IMG/VR virus record: IMGVR_UViG_3300037067_013058
Span: 1-64,000 of that record
Direction: 5' to 3' (one strand)
From: a virus
Taxonomy: Duplodnaviria > Caudoviricetes
DNA length: 64,000 nt
Shown: positions 27,328 through 36,879 of the stretch, piece by piece
How the letters are laid out: each line of letters starts with the position of its first letter
Numbering within the stretch: position 1 is the stretch's first letter
The notes under the pieces: generated by a model
The model's database searches: none
Told to the model about the DNA's origin: nothing
What the model saw: the letters and a program-made list of their open reading frames with translations, nothing else
Position numbers and translations under genes: made by a program

Positions 27328-29132
27328 TGCAAATACTTTAGCAAATCTTCCCTGCCCATCTCCACTAATTTATCGTCAGGCGTAGTAACTGCTTCCACGA
27401 TGTCCTGCTTTCCTATCAGCTTTTCTTTAATAAGCACGTCTACAGAATTGTCAACGTCTAAAAACATAATAGTTGCAGGTTTCGCACGAATCAGGTCCAA
27501 AGCTGTAGGATTTTCCATTTCTACCCGTCTGTGGATTCGATCCAAAGACTGATTATAGAGAACATACGAATAAGGTCTGTCAACGTAAATTGCTGTCCTA
27601 GCTCTTGCTAACCAGTCCGTACCCGTCCCCGCTTTTGCTGGAATCGCTACTGCTATTCTTGGCCAGCCGTTTGATTCAAAAGCCGTTGAAATTTTCTCCA
27701 GTTCTATATTGCTAATCCCACCATAAACCTTGACTGCCCCATATTGTTCGTTATAACGGTCAAAAAGTAGATCAACAGCCGCACGAAATTCGGTCCAAAT
27801 CACGACCTTTTGTTCAGGATCGGCCAAAAGCTCTTCCAGGATATTATCTAATTCCACATACTTTGCTGAATCTCCCTCATTACCTAAAATTGAAGGATGG
27901 TTCAAACACTGCCTTAACCTAATGGCGTTTTCATTACTGCCTAAAAACTTTTGAACATTAATTAGCGAATCTGTTGCTAAACCCTTACGTGCTTCCCCGC
28001 ATAAAACGCTGTACAAGGCCCGCTGCTGCCCTTCCAGTGTCACTACGCGGGTTATGAATGTCCTAGGTGGGAAGCCTTTCATATCAGCCTTGGAACGGCG
28101 TATAGAAACCCGCTCAAGACGCATTTTTAGCTCATCGAGGTTGCGATATCCAACGATCTTCAAATGCGAACCTTTGTGGCCATATTCCACAAGCTGCTTA
28201 ACCACGAAATGGTTGTCAAATTTGGAAATATGTGGGACTTTTCCGTAATTGAGAATCTTGAGAATTACGTAAGCATTTAGCGGAGATTCGCTAACAGGTG
28301 TTCCCGTCATCGGAACCACCCTAGGGGCCTTCCCGTTATGATCCCTGCTGTGCATTATCAATTCTAGAACACATTGCGTCCTTTTTGCTGACAAATTTTT
28401 GTAATAATGGCCCTCGTCAATGATTATCAAGTCCCAAGGCATGTCAATCAGCAAACTACAAAGTTCGTTAACGGGCGTATTTCCCTTTGTTTGCACTAGA
28501 TTTTCTGGATGAACAAGCATTACGTCAAAATTTCCAGAAGATTCCGCCGCCTTAGCATATTGCAGAGCATTTGCTTTACCTTGCGGAATAGGTGCTGGGC
28601 GAAAATACGTATGTTTCTTTATCTGTTTGGTAAAATCCAATAGTGGTGTACTTGGAACAATTACCAGGATTTTTTCAACCTCTGGCATAATTGAAGCCGC
28701 AGCTAAAATTTCCAAAGTTTTTCCGGACCCTAATGCGTCAAACAGACCACACCTTTTATTGTGGTACATATAAGCAATAGCGTTGTATTGATCCTCATAC
28801 GGCGTACACTTCAATTTCCCTTGTAGAAGTTCTTTCATCTGGTCGTTGAATTCACCGGCTTTTATCCGATCATTTCTGTCTTCGATTGATAGCAAATAAT
28901 TTAACCATTTATATGCATCTTCATCAACCCAGCGTTCATCAACAATATTCGCCTGATTTAGCTTTTGCTTGAGAATTTTCAGATCATCATAGGACATTGA
29001 CCAGCTATTGTCTTCTTTCTCTACTGCACCAAGCAATGACTTGACCGTTAAGAAGATCGTTTGGTAATTTGGATGATTTGAATCCAACGTTACCAAAAAG
29101 TTCTTATTTTCTAGTAGAGAAATGTCTATCAA
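27324..29132 (-). CDS. SNF2-family (SF2) helicase/ATPase
   Basis: DALGSGKT, IIIDEGH, MTGTP, LRQCLNHP, QSLDRIHR. Confidence 0.9.
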   Translation of the reverse strand: MIDISLLENKNFLVTLDSNHPNYQTIFLTVKSLLGAVEKEDNSWSMSYDDLKILKQKLNQANIVDERWVDEDAYKWLNYLLSIEDRNDRIKAGEFNDQMKELLQGKLKCTPYEDQYNAIAYMYHNKRCGLFDALGSGKTLEILAAASIMPEVEKILVIVPSTPLLDFTKQIKKHTYFRPAPIPQGKANALQYAKAAESSGNFDVMLVHPENLVQTKGNTPVNELCSLLIDMPWDLIIIDEGHYYKNLSAKRTQCVLELIMHSRDHNGKAPRVVPMTGTPVSESPLNAYVILKILNYGKVPHISKFDNHFVVKQLVEYGHKGSHLKIVGYRNLDELKMRLERVSIRRSKADMKGFPPRTFITRVVTLEGQQRALYSVLCGEARKGLATDSLINVQKFLGSNENAIRLRQCLNHPSILGNEGDSAKYVELDNILEELLADPEQKVVIWTEFRAAVDLLFDRYNEQYGAVKVYGGISNIELEKISTAFESNGWPRIAVAIPAKAGTGTDWLARARTAIYVDRPYSYVLYNQSLDRIHRRVEMENPTALDLIRAKPATIMFLDVDNSVDVLIKEKLIGKQDIVEAVTTPDDKLVEMGREDLLKYLQ

Positions 29133-29566
29133 AAGTCAGTCTCCTCCAACAACTTTTCTACATCAGCAAGTCTTTCGTCCTCTTTTGACACCGTGCCCAT
29201 TTCTTTAACTCTGCCCTTTATTAATGGAATACCTCTCATCCCAACGCCTGGGATAGATATCTCACGAACCGGGAAATCCTCGGAAATCGAATAGAAAGAC
29301 TCAAATGTAAGTCTCTCATCTGTTCCCAAACCTGCCGTAGCCGTCTTAACTTCAATGTGGATGATTTCTCCATCAACAACCTCTCTGGTCCAAAGATACC
29401 AACTATTACCAAGCATTCCTTTTGCGGGGGAAGTAATCCATTTTCCATCATTCATTGAGTCATTCCAGGAACATTCCACATCATTTATCGTAGCCCGCAC
29501 AAGTTGTCCATCCCGATTTCTTCCACGAGCCTTACGAAAACCTATTTGCAAAGCTATTTTCATCAA
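29129..29566 (-). CDS. hypothetical protein
   Basis: 145 aa, coupled. Confidence 0.55.
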   Translation of the reverse strand: MMKIALQIGFRKARGRNRDGQLVRATINDVECSWNDSMNDGKWITSPAKGMLGNSWYLWTREVVDGEIIHIEVKTATAGLGTDERLTFESFYSISEDFPVREISIPGVGMRGIPLIKGRVKEMGTVSKEDERLADVEKLLEETDF

Positions 29567-30246
29567 TCAAACCGAATGTACCAATCTTCAGCAGGAATTT
29601 GAGTCGTTTTATCAAGTGCATCACAAAAGTGCTTATGCTGTGCTTTTTCCAGCTCTGAAACTAAATCCACAGGGGAAGATAAAAAGGCCTTTATTTGCTC
29701 TTCGTTAAGGATCTTTGGAAACTCATCACCTAACTGTGTCCAACCAACTCTAGGAACTCTTGAAAACAACTCTAAATATGGACCAGGGCTCAATTGCTCA
29801 ACAATGTCAAAAAATGCGTCAGGCTTCCCAGAATGCCTTGTGTACGGAGCTTCAAAGGTAGACCGTATACTCTTACTCAAAACTTCTGGACGCCCCTTGA
29901 TACCAATTAGGCAAACCTCATGCTCCATCCGAACTTGTCTGCCCATCCCAAACCAACGCTTACCTGTAGCCGTTTTCTTTAACCAAACTATTTCGGCTTT
30001 TGGTATGAATCCCCAAGCCCGCATTACACGCAAAGCCTCTTCCTGTTGTGAAGCTACACGCCAAAGAAATAAACGAGCATCCGGAGCTATTTGATTTACC
30101 AAATTTTCAGTTACTAAAAAATTCTCAATCTCTGCAATAGAAAGAACTGAATAATTCTTTTCCGCGCCACGGGAAGGACCGGGTAACTTATCACCAAAGG
30201 ACCAGGGTGGATCTGCACAAATAGTTTTAAATAATTCTGTCATCAC
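29563..30246 (-). CDS. MT-A70 family adenine methyltransferase
   Basis: ICADPPW, LFLW, EIVWLK, EHEVCLIG, HSGKP, YLELFSR. Confidence 0.9.
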   Translation of the reverse strand: MMTELFKTICADPPWSFGDKLPGPSRGAEKNYSVLSIAEIENFLVTENLVNQIAPDARLFLWRVASQQEEALRVMRAWGFIPKAEIVWLKKTATGKRWFGMGRQVRMEHEVCLIGIKGRPEVLSKSIRSTFEAPYTRHSGKPDAFFDIVEQLSPGPYLELFSRVPRVGWTQLGDEFPKILNEEQIKAFLSSPVDLVSELEKAQHKHFCDALDKTTQIPAEDWYIRFD

Positions 30247-30707
30247 TTCTCCTCTGTACTCATGCTGTTTATTGCCGTTTCGTATTCGTCCAACTCTTCC
30301 TTTTTTCTGCTGCCCGTTGGTGGAAAATTCACTTCCATAAATTTCATTATAAGATCGATTAACGATTTTGCCATAGGTACAGACGGCACCCCGGTAATTC
30401 CAGAAGGCTCAAATTCCATGAACTTGAATTTCGCATAAATCTCCCGTGGATCTACACCATACTGCAAAAGTAATGAAACAGCTATTGCCCAAGCAGTAGA
30501 AAAACCATGCTCAAACCCACCAATTTTATTCATCGAAATAACTAATTCGCCTGGGGTTCCATCGGCATACGTATTTATTGTAAAATACCCTTTATAAACC
30601 TCTTCCTCATTTCCAAATAGTTCAAACTTTCTCGTTATACCAGCACGATCATCATCAAGTGGAAATTTAACCAGTTTTGGTGCGCCCATCGGTGAAGGAT
30701 TTGTCAT
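30243..30707 (-). CDS. stand-alone class II ribonucleotide reductase C-terminal (TSCPD-like) domain
   Basis: KGYFTINTYADGTPGELVI...AIAVSLLLQYGV...KFKFMEFEPSG...AKSLIDLI. Confidence 0.75.
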   Translation of the reverse strand: MTNPSPMGAPKLVKFPLDDDRAGITRKFELFGNEEEVYKGYFTINTYADGTPGELVISMNKIGGFEHGFSTAWAIAVSLLLQYGVDPREIYAKFKFMEFEPSGITGVPSVPMAKSLIDLIMKFMEVNFPPTGSRKKEELDEYETAINSMSTEEK

Positions 30708-31351
30708 TCCACGGGCCTTTCATCAAGAAATTGCTTCAACCTTGTCGTAGCAAATTGCAAAAGTGTTTCAAATTTCTGCGTTCGTAATGCTGCACTGGGA
30801 TGAGGAAATAAAATAACCGTTGCGTCAATATCCCCTACCCACCCATGACCTCCCGGTTTAAGAATCTCTCCGCAATGGTTAGAAATTCCTGAACACCCGT
30901 AAGGAGTCACAGCGGCCATTGCTTCATTACCAAATGCAAGGATCAACTTTGGTTTCAACAAAGCAATTTCACTACGCAAAAATGGCAAACATGCGGTCAT
31001 TTCTGCGAATTCTACAGGACGATTTGCTTCACTGAAACATTTGCAAACGTTCGTCACCCAACACTCTCTACGTGTTAGCCCAACCTCTTCCAAAACCTGA
31101 TCAAGTCTTTTGCCAGATTTTCCCACAAATGGCTCACCTGCGTAAAGCTCCTCAAATCCTGGATTTCTGCCAATAATCATTATCTCATTATCGCTAAAAC
31201 CACTGGGAATGGTTGGCCCATATTCGCCAACACAATTTCGTAATTTACACCTTGAACACGATTTAATGCTGTCGTCCAAATTATCCCATTGATAATTATC
31301 GCATGAGGAAATTTCTATGAAGTCAGTTGGTATCCAGAAATTAGTTGCCAT
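30704..31351 (-). CDS. uracil-DNA glycosylase, family 4-like (Fe-S)
   Basis: CSRCKL, GRNPG..E, PFVGKSG, TNVCKC, HPSA. Confidence 0.85.
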   Translation of the reverse strand: MATNFWIPTDFIEISSCDNYQWDNLDDSIKSCSRCKLRNCVGEYGPTIPSGFSDNEIMIIGRNPGFEELYAGEPFVGKSGKRLDQVLEEVGLTRRECWVTNVCKCFSEANRPVEFAEMTACLPFLRSEIALLKPKLILAFGNEAMAAVTPYGCSGISNHCGEILKPGGHGWVGDIDATVILFPHPSAALRTQKFETLLQFATTRLKQFLDERPVE

Positions 31352-31425
31352 TTTTACAAACCTTTTAAATCAAACCACAGAGGAACACCCAACAGTCCAC
31401 TATAATACGATCAGATCTCCGAAAC

Positions 31426-32667
31426 TTACCCTTCCAATGAGGTGTTCGGTTCCTGCCCAACCAGTGGTTTCACGCGGCCAATACGATCCGCGTCAGCGCC
31501 CCCAGGACAACAGGCTGACACCGGGGAACTCCCGGCCAAACTCTTTAGGTTAAATGAAGCATTGAACTCCCGATCATGTTTCACCCCACATTCAGGACAA
31601 ACCCAAGACCGATCCTTCAACTTCAGATCCTTGTTTATAAAGCCACAGCCGGGAGAAGAGCACGTCTTGGATGACGGATACCACATATCTGCTTTAATAA
31701 CTTGCTTTCCTGCCCACTTGGCTTTGTATTCGATTTGTCGTAGGAACTCGGACATACCAGCATCTGTAACTGCTTTACTTAAATGCCTATTCTTGAGCAT
31801 TCCCTTTACATTAAGACTCTCAATAACAATAACATCTGCTGACTTGACTATCGCCGTAGATGCCTTGTGCTGATTGTCTCTTCGAATATTAACTATTTTC
31901 TGATGTAGTTTTTCTACCTTGGCCCTTGCTTTTTCTCTGTTCTTTCCACCTTTCTGTTTCCTATCCATTTCCTTCTGGAGAAAACGGAGCCTCTTTTGAA
32001 CTTTTACGTATGCTTTGGGATTTTCAAAAACTTCTCCGTCACTGGTAGTAGCAAGATCTTTAAGCCCCACATCAACACCAGCAACATGAGGTTCTTTAAC
32101 AGGAATAGGATCAGGAATTTCCTGCTCTACCTTCAAAGAAACATACCATTTTCCCGCTTTCTCTGAAACTGTGGCAGAAAGTATCTTTATGTCTTCCCGC
32201 CCATCAAGAGGAAGATAGTTCTTCTCCTTTAATTTTATGTGGCCCAAACGGGGTAACTGAATTCTAGACACAGAAACATGAATACTTTCTTTCAGCGTAA
32301 AGCTACCAGGACCTTTTTTCTTAGATTTAAATTTTGGAAAACCTTTTTCTTTTGCACCCTCTTTGCAACGTCTAAAAAAACCATCAAAAGCTCGATCCAC
32401 AGCCCTAATCGCTTCTTGCGGGGCGCACTTGGAAACCTCATACATCCACGGAACACCACCATCGTCAATGGGCGTTCTTTTCAAAACAGTTAATTCCCTA
32501 TTAAGCTCAATATAATTGGGGCTTCTTCCTGTCTCCGCGTAACAAGACAGTTTTTTATTAAGCGCCCAATTATACGCCCAACGCGCAGCCCCGGCACTTT
32601 GCACAAAATCAGATTTTTGCCTGTTGTTTGGATCTAACTCTGTCTTGTATGCTTTATAAATTTTCAT
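31426..32667 (-). CDS. tnpB: TnpB RNA-guided nuclease family protein (RuvC-III Asp replaced by Glu)
   Basis: N-terminal YKTEL.P HTH; GVDVG, VIESL, CSSPGC/CPEC zinc finger; HDREFNA in place of DRDxNA. Confidence 0.92.
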   Translation of the reverse strand: MKIYKAYKTELDPNNRQKSDFVQSAGAARWAYNWALNKKLSCYAETGRSPNYIELNRELTVLKRTPIDDGGVPWMYEVSKCAPQEAIRAVDRAFDGFFRRCKEGAKEKGFPKFKSKKKGPGSFTLKESIHVSVSRIQLPRLGHIKLKEKNYLPLDGREDIKILSATVSEKAGKWYVSLKVEQEIPDPIPVKEPHVAGVDVGLKDLATTSDGEVFENPKAYVKVQKRLRFLQKEMDRKQKGGKNREKARAKVEKLHQKIVNIRRDNQHKASTAIVKSADVIVIESLNVKGMLKNRHLSKAVTDAGMSEFLRQIEYKAKWAGKQVIKADMWYPSSKTCSSPGCGFINKDLKLKDRSWVCPECGVKHDREFNASFNLKSLAGSSPVSACCPGGADADRIGRVKPLVGQEPNTSLEG

Positions 32668-33110
32668 TTTTCTAAAAAAACAAAATGTCTTCCTTGAGAA
32701 GATAGCAAAGTTGTAATATATCCAACACCAGAACGAGAAACCCGGTCTTCACTCTCCACAACCAGTCTAACCACAGTTTTATCAAATAACAAACCCTTCA
32801 ATTTCTTCTTTTCCTCACTTATTTCCGACCCAATTTCTGTAACAACTTCAGTATGTTCCCACCCTTGCGACTTAGCAAAAGCAAGAAGGCGCTCTACTTG
32901 ACGGTCAAGATCCTTCTTCTGGGACGAAGTAGAAACACAAGCATACAAGACCGTTCTACTTTCCTTAACCGGCTCATCAACTAGAACCATAATCCTGCCT
33001 GTTGGTGTCTTCTCCGTAGGAACAGGCATAATCCCTGCATAATACCAGCGTTGAGCAGTCTTAAAACTGATACCCTGCTGCTTTGCCCACTGTGATAATT
33101 TGACCCTCAT
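32664..33110 (-). CDS. tnpA: IS607 TnpA serine recombinase, degenerate and C-terminally shortened
   Basis: MerR-like HTH; YACVST (usually YARVS); DLDRQ; GSE (usually GSG); DRVSRSG (usually DRLxRFG); ends at 148 aa. Confidence 0.85.
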   Translation of the reverse strand: MRVKLSQWAKQQGISFKTAQRWYYAGIMPVPTEKTPTGRIMVLVDEPVKESRTVLYACVSTSSQKKDLDRQVERLLAFAKSQGWEHTEVVTEIGSEISEEKKKLKGLLFDKTVVRLVVESEDRVSRSGVGYITTLLSSQGRHFVFLEK

Positions 33111-33165
33111 AGTACCTATTATAGTTTAATTTTGTTGGTTTTCCTAAAGCACCCTCAAATTATTT

Positions 33166-34071
33166 TTAACCCCGTTTTGGCAACTTTGTTGGATCAAGCC
33201 TCAAAGGTCCAAGCCTATCCACAATTATCCTATAGCGAGCGGGATCTACAACTTTATTTTCTGTTGCCTGACGCATTATTTCTTGTGCCTCTTCCCGAGT
33301 TAAACAAAATTTAGCTTCGTTTAGCGAGGGAATTGTCACTACCCTAAAAGCACTTTCTACTTCGTCTTCATGGAAAAGTATTCGTTCAGTTGTCTTCTTC
33401 TTTCGGAGGACTTTAACAATGTCATCGGCGAAAAGTTGGCCAATGGTTCCAAATTCATTTAGCACAGAAGTTGCCGTCTTTGGGCCAACTCCTTTAGCAC
33501 CGGGAATATTATCGCTTGTGTCGCCAGATAATGCCTTGAAATCTCTAATTTGCTGGGGGGAGATTCCAAAGAATTCCGTAACCACTGCTGAATTTACCCA
33601 TTGCTTTTTCATCGGATCAAAAACTATTATCTGCTTTTGGCCATCAGATTTAACCATTTGCCAAAGATCATGGTCAGATGTAGCAATTATTACGGAATCA
33701 CCTTGGGAATATCTGTATTCAGCAACCCAGGAAATTAGATCATCAGCTTCTACACCTGGGACTATAAATTGTTGAATGTTATGGTATACGAGATATCGTT
33801 GAGCATCTTTTGCTTGTGCGTAAACTTCATCAAAGTCTATGTTTGATTCTTTACGCTTTTCTGCTCGCTGGGCCTTGTATTCAGGATAACAAAGCATTCG
33901 CCAACGGGATTTGCCACTATCCCAGAACATTGCCAGATTATCGAAGGGGAAGGAACTAGTAATATCGGATAATAGATTAAGAACCGATGAAGTGACTCCG
34001 TGGTTTTCGGTGCCAGTGCCGTAAGCGGAACGGAAGACAAGGGGGTTGCCGTCGATAAGAAGAGAGATCAT
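33166..34071 (-). CDS. 5'-3' exonuclease / flap endonuclease (PolI N-terminal-like)
   Basis: LIDGN, FWDSG.S.WR...YKAQR, EADD, TSDHDL, LSGDTSDNIPGAKGVGPKTA. Confidence 0.92.
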   Translation of the reverse strand: MISLLIDGNPLVFRSAYGTGTENHGVTSSVLNLLSDITSSFPFDNLAMFWDSGKSRWRMLCYPEYKAQRAEKRKESNIDFDEVYAQAKDAQRYLVYHNIQQFIVPGVEADDLISWVAEYRYSQGDSVIIATSDHDLWQMVKSDGQKQIIVFDPMKKQWVNSAVVTEFFGISPQQIRDFKALSGDTSDNIPGAKGVGPKTATSVLNEFGTIGQLFADDIVKVLRKKKTTERILFHEDEVESAFRVVTIPSLNEAKFCLTREEAQEIMRQATENKVVDPARYRIIVDRLGPLRLDPTKLPKRG

Positions 34072-34457
34072 TACTTCTCAATATAGTTCGGTGGCTCAGG
34101 AAAAATACGAACAGGCCAATACAGAGTATAGGTATCCGCAGTATGTCCTACATCTAAATGACAAATGCCCTTCTTACTTGGCCTATCCTTCCACGTATAC
34201 CAGTACCAGCCCTCTTCCTGTGGTGGATCAAGTGTCCAATCTGGTTCATCCATTAAAGGAATCTTTCGCAGCCTTTCTTCCAGATGCTTCAAACCTTCCC
34301 AAACGGTACAAGTTCCTCTGCCATTATCAGTCAATTGCTGAACATTTCCAGGAAGGATTTTCTCCAGATATTGGGTACCACCGGCATTCTTGTATGGATC
34401 ACTTGGATCGTAGCTGCTCATTTTGGTAGCCCCTTCCACTTCCAGTCTTTTGTACAC
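34071..34457 (-). CDS. hypothetical protein
   Basis: 128 aa; PPQEEGWYWY repeat-like motif. Confidence 0.5.
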   Translation of the reverse strand: MYKRLEVEGATKMSSYDPSDPYKNAGGTQYLEKILPGNVQQLTDNGRGTCTVWEGLKHLEERLRKIPLMDEPDWTLDPPQEEGWYWYTWKDRPSKKGICHLDVGHTADTYTLYWPVRIFPEPPNYIEK

Positions 34458-35065
34458 TTTTCCTTATCAAAACAGTCTTTGCACTTAATCAAACCTTTCC
34501 AACAAGGCTTTTCTTTTACTTCATCAGGAACAATACATTCACATTCCATTGGCCCGTCTTTTTCCTCGGTCCAACCAACATCACCACATTTCTCACATTT
34601 TGGAACAATACCACTCAACCATTCCTTCACCTCTCTCAAATGAAGAAATGTTGGCAAACCAATTCTCTTTGCCAATTCGTATTCAGCCAAAGAACCCGCA
34701 GACTGTTTCCAACCACTAACGAAAATTACGGCATCACATTTGCCCATCAATTCGAGATCAGCCTTTAGCCAAAAATCAATTGGCTGAATATCCTCGAAAT
34801 ATGGCCGTGTATTCGAATGTGGACAAACCGGATAAGCACCTACCTTTGCCACTTCAATTGCCAAATTCTCGGCATTGTGAACGTTTTGCTCAGTCCCCCA
34901 CCGTGTTTCAGATCTGTAGGGACCGGAAATGAAAACCAGCTTTATCTTATCCGGAATTTCAGGGGTCATCCACTCCTCCTCCACACGTTTCTTATACGCG
35001 GCAAAAGCAATGTCCAAGCCTTCCCACAGTGTTACCTTTTTATCAGTCATCAGATCTTTTCCCAC
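34418..35065 (-). CDS. DUF4406/DUF1937-like (nucleoside deoxyribosyltransferase-like fold) protein
   Basis: VFISGPY...PVCPH...KCDAV..VSGWKQSAGSLAEY. Confidence 0.75.
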   Translation of the reverse strand: MGKDLMTDKKVTLWEGLDIAFAAYKKRVEEEWMTPEIPDKIKLVFISGPYRSETRWGTEQNVHNAENLAIEVAKVGAYPVCPHSNTRPYFEDIQPIDFWLKADLELMGKCDAVIFVSGWKQSAGSLAEYELAKRIGLPTFLHLREVKEWLSGIVPKCEKCGDVGWTEEKDGPMECECIVPDEVKEKPCWKGLIKCKDCFDKEKCTKDWKWKGLPK

Positions 35066-35436
35066 GCTTCCTTGTAAATCTTCAAAAGAACACCATAAAG
35101 ATTGTCCATAGCCTGCTTGGTGCTCTTCTTATGACTTTTCAGGGTACGAACAAGATCAAACAATGAACCTTCCTCATTGCAATCTCGGTCAACCGCCTTC
35201 AACGGACAAGTAGAACAATCACTTTCCTTATCATACAGAGAACACATACCACAATCACCTGATCCACGATTTGGATTATCAGGTCGCCACTTTGCTACAG
35301 AAAGAGCAGCAGCAAAAGCAGAACGATATTTCTTAGGCATTTCGTCTAACGCTTTGGTATAAGTACAATCCCTATTATCCCGCTGAAAATCAAAAATCTG
35401 CTGCCAAGTCCAATTCTTCATTTTAGTCATTTTCAT
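35050..35436 (-). CDS. Cys-rich hypothetical protein
   Basis: CGMCSLY...CSTCPL...C. Confidence 0.5.
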   Translation of the reverse strand: MKMTKMKNWTWQQIFDFQRDNRDCTYTKALDEMPKKYRSAFAAALSVAKWRPDNPNRGSGDCGMCSLYDKESDCSTCPLKAVDRDCNEEGSLFDLVRTLKSHKKSTKQAMDNLYGVLLKIYKEAWEKI

Positions 35437-35809
35437 TTTCCTCCATTGTAATCTTCTCCACAGTCCCTAGAACTCCACAAAAATCGCAGCGGAATGGAAT
35501 ACCTTTTTCTGCATTGGCACCCCAAACCTTTAAACAATTAGTACAGCGCACTTCGACCCTAGTAATCTGCTCTGGAACCTTTCCACGTCTCCATAAAGTA
35601 TCCTTTGGGGATAAATCATGCCCAATGCCAACACCAGTACATCTTTGACCAGGACAATGAGCAACAGAACCCTCCCACCGGATAAAACGCGGAGAAATCT
35701 CTTTCCCACAATGTATGCAAAACAAAACACGACACCGCGCAACCACCTCACCGGTAACAGGGTCAATAACATCCTCAATTTTGGAGGCGTCAAACTCTTG
35801 CATTATCAA
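35423..35809 (-). CDS. multi-zinc-ribbon hypothetical protein
   Basis: CIHC, CPGQRC, CTNC, CDFC. Confidence 0.55.
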   Translation of the reverse strand: MIMQEFDASKIEDVIDPVTGEVVARCRVLFCIHCGKEISPRFIRWEGSVAHCPGQRCTGVGIGHDLSPKDTLWRRGKVPEQITRVEVRCTNCLKVWGANAEKGIPFRCDFCGVLGTVEKITMEENEND

Positions 35810-36867
35810 ACCTCCGTTGTAATCTTCTCAAAAATCATTCCATCCCCAGCAACCAAACGCATTCGTACACCATCAACTTCAAGCACACAGTACGAAGTAT
35901 CTCCCTCGTCTTCGACTGTCTCACCATATTGGAGAACAAAATTTTCAATCGTTTGGTAATTCTCTTCGTGAATATCAGCAAACATGGACTCTGATACTTC
36001 AAGACGTTCCTTGGCTTCCAGATACATATTGAAAATTGGCAAAAACTCAGCAAGCGCCTTCTTATACAAGTCTTCCGAACTCTCTACAAACTCCCGCTTC
36101 CCATTAGGAGGTGGAATTGGCGCAGCCGTTGGCACACTATTAGCTAACTTTATTACCCGATACTTGCCCTCTAGGACATCGGATTGTAGAACTGACCAAA
36201 GCGCTGTGCCCCCGTTTACGCGGCACATCAAATGAACAACATTATCAACCGTTTCAAGACCAACTACCACAACTTGAATTTTGTCAGCATGGGCAAGCTC
36301 CCAGTCAAAATTAGCTGGATTTTGCCAGAATACTTCGCCATGTAGCATAATCTCTGAGCCAATCGGAATTTGGCTGAGTACCTTTTGTGGAGATGTTGGG
36401 ATAGGTGCTGACTTTTCCATAGATTCACAAGCTGTTGCTGACTTTTCCACTGCTGCGTCAACAATCCATGCAGACTCAACAAGGTCTTTACGATCCGAAG
36501 GTTCATGGGCAGGGGTAGAAGATTCCGCAGCCTTTGTCTCAGGAATTACGACAGGATTAGCGTCTAATTCCGTGTACATTTGACCATTATCGTCCATTGG
36601 GGATTCTAGAACATCCTTGGCATCAAAATAAGAATACCCATCCACAGGGTTCTGGTTGGCACGTAGAACCTCGTCACCCACGGAAGGCTCTGGGATAGCT
36701 GGAATTGGCAAACTAGGCTCAGATTGGCTGTCGGATGCCTCTGGTGATGAATTAGCTGTATCTTTGCCATGCTTTACCGTAATATGGCGCTTTAACCCTG
36801 AAAGTTTGAAAGGCTGTTGGCAAATCGGACATAGCGTACCCTCATTAGGCGTTCCATCTTTTGTCAT
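35806..36867 (-). CDS. hypothetical protein with N-terminal C2H2 zinc finger and acidic linker
   Basis: CPICQQPF....LKRHITVKH. Confidence 0.65.
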   Translation of the reverse strand: MTKDGTPNEGTLCPICQQPFKLSGLKRHITVKHGKDTANSSPEASDSQSEPSLPIPAIPEPSVGDEVLRANQNPVDGYSYFDAKDVLESPMDDNGQMYTELDANPVVIPETKAAESSTPAHEPSDRKDLVESAWIVDAAVEKSATACESMEKSAPIPTSPQKVLSQIPIGSEIMLHGEVFWQNPANFDWELAHADKIQVVVVGLETVDNVVHLMCRVNGGTALWSVLQSDVLEGKYRVIKLANSVPTAAPIPPPNGKREFVESSEDLYKKALAEFLPIFNMYLEAKERLEVSESMFADIHEENYQTIENFVLQYGETVEDEGDTSYCVLEVDGVRMRLVAGDGMIFEKITTEV

Positions 36868-36879
36868 TTTGAATATCCT

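Larger units (their letters stand above)
31412..33169 (-). mobile_element. IS607-family element (tnpA plus tnpB), apparently degenerate
   Basis: Serine-recombinase tnpA coupled to tnpB; left flank ends in CGGGG; inferred right end GTAAGTTTCGGAGATCTG; removal restores an open frame. Confidence 0.75.

Noticed and set aside
33111-33169. IStron (group I intron plus IS607)
   Set aside because: The left end is only ~60 nt, far too short for an intron core.
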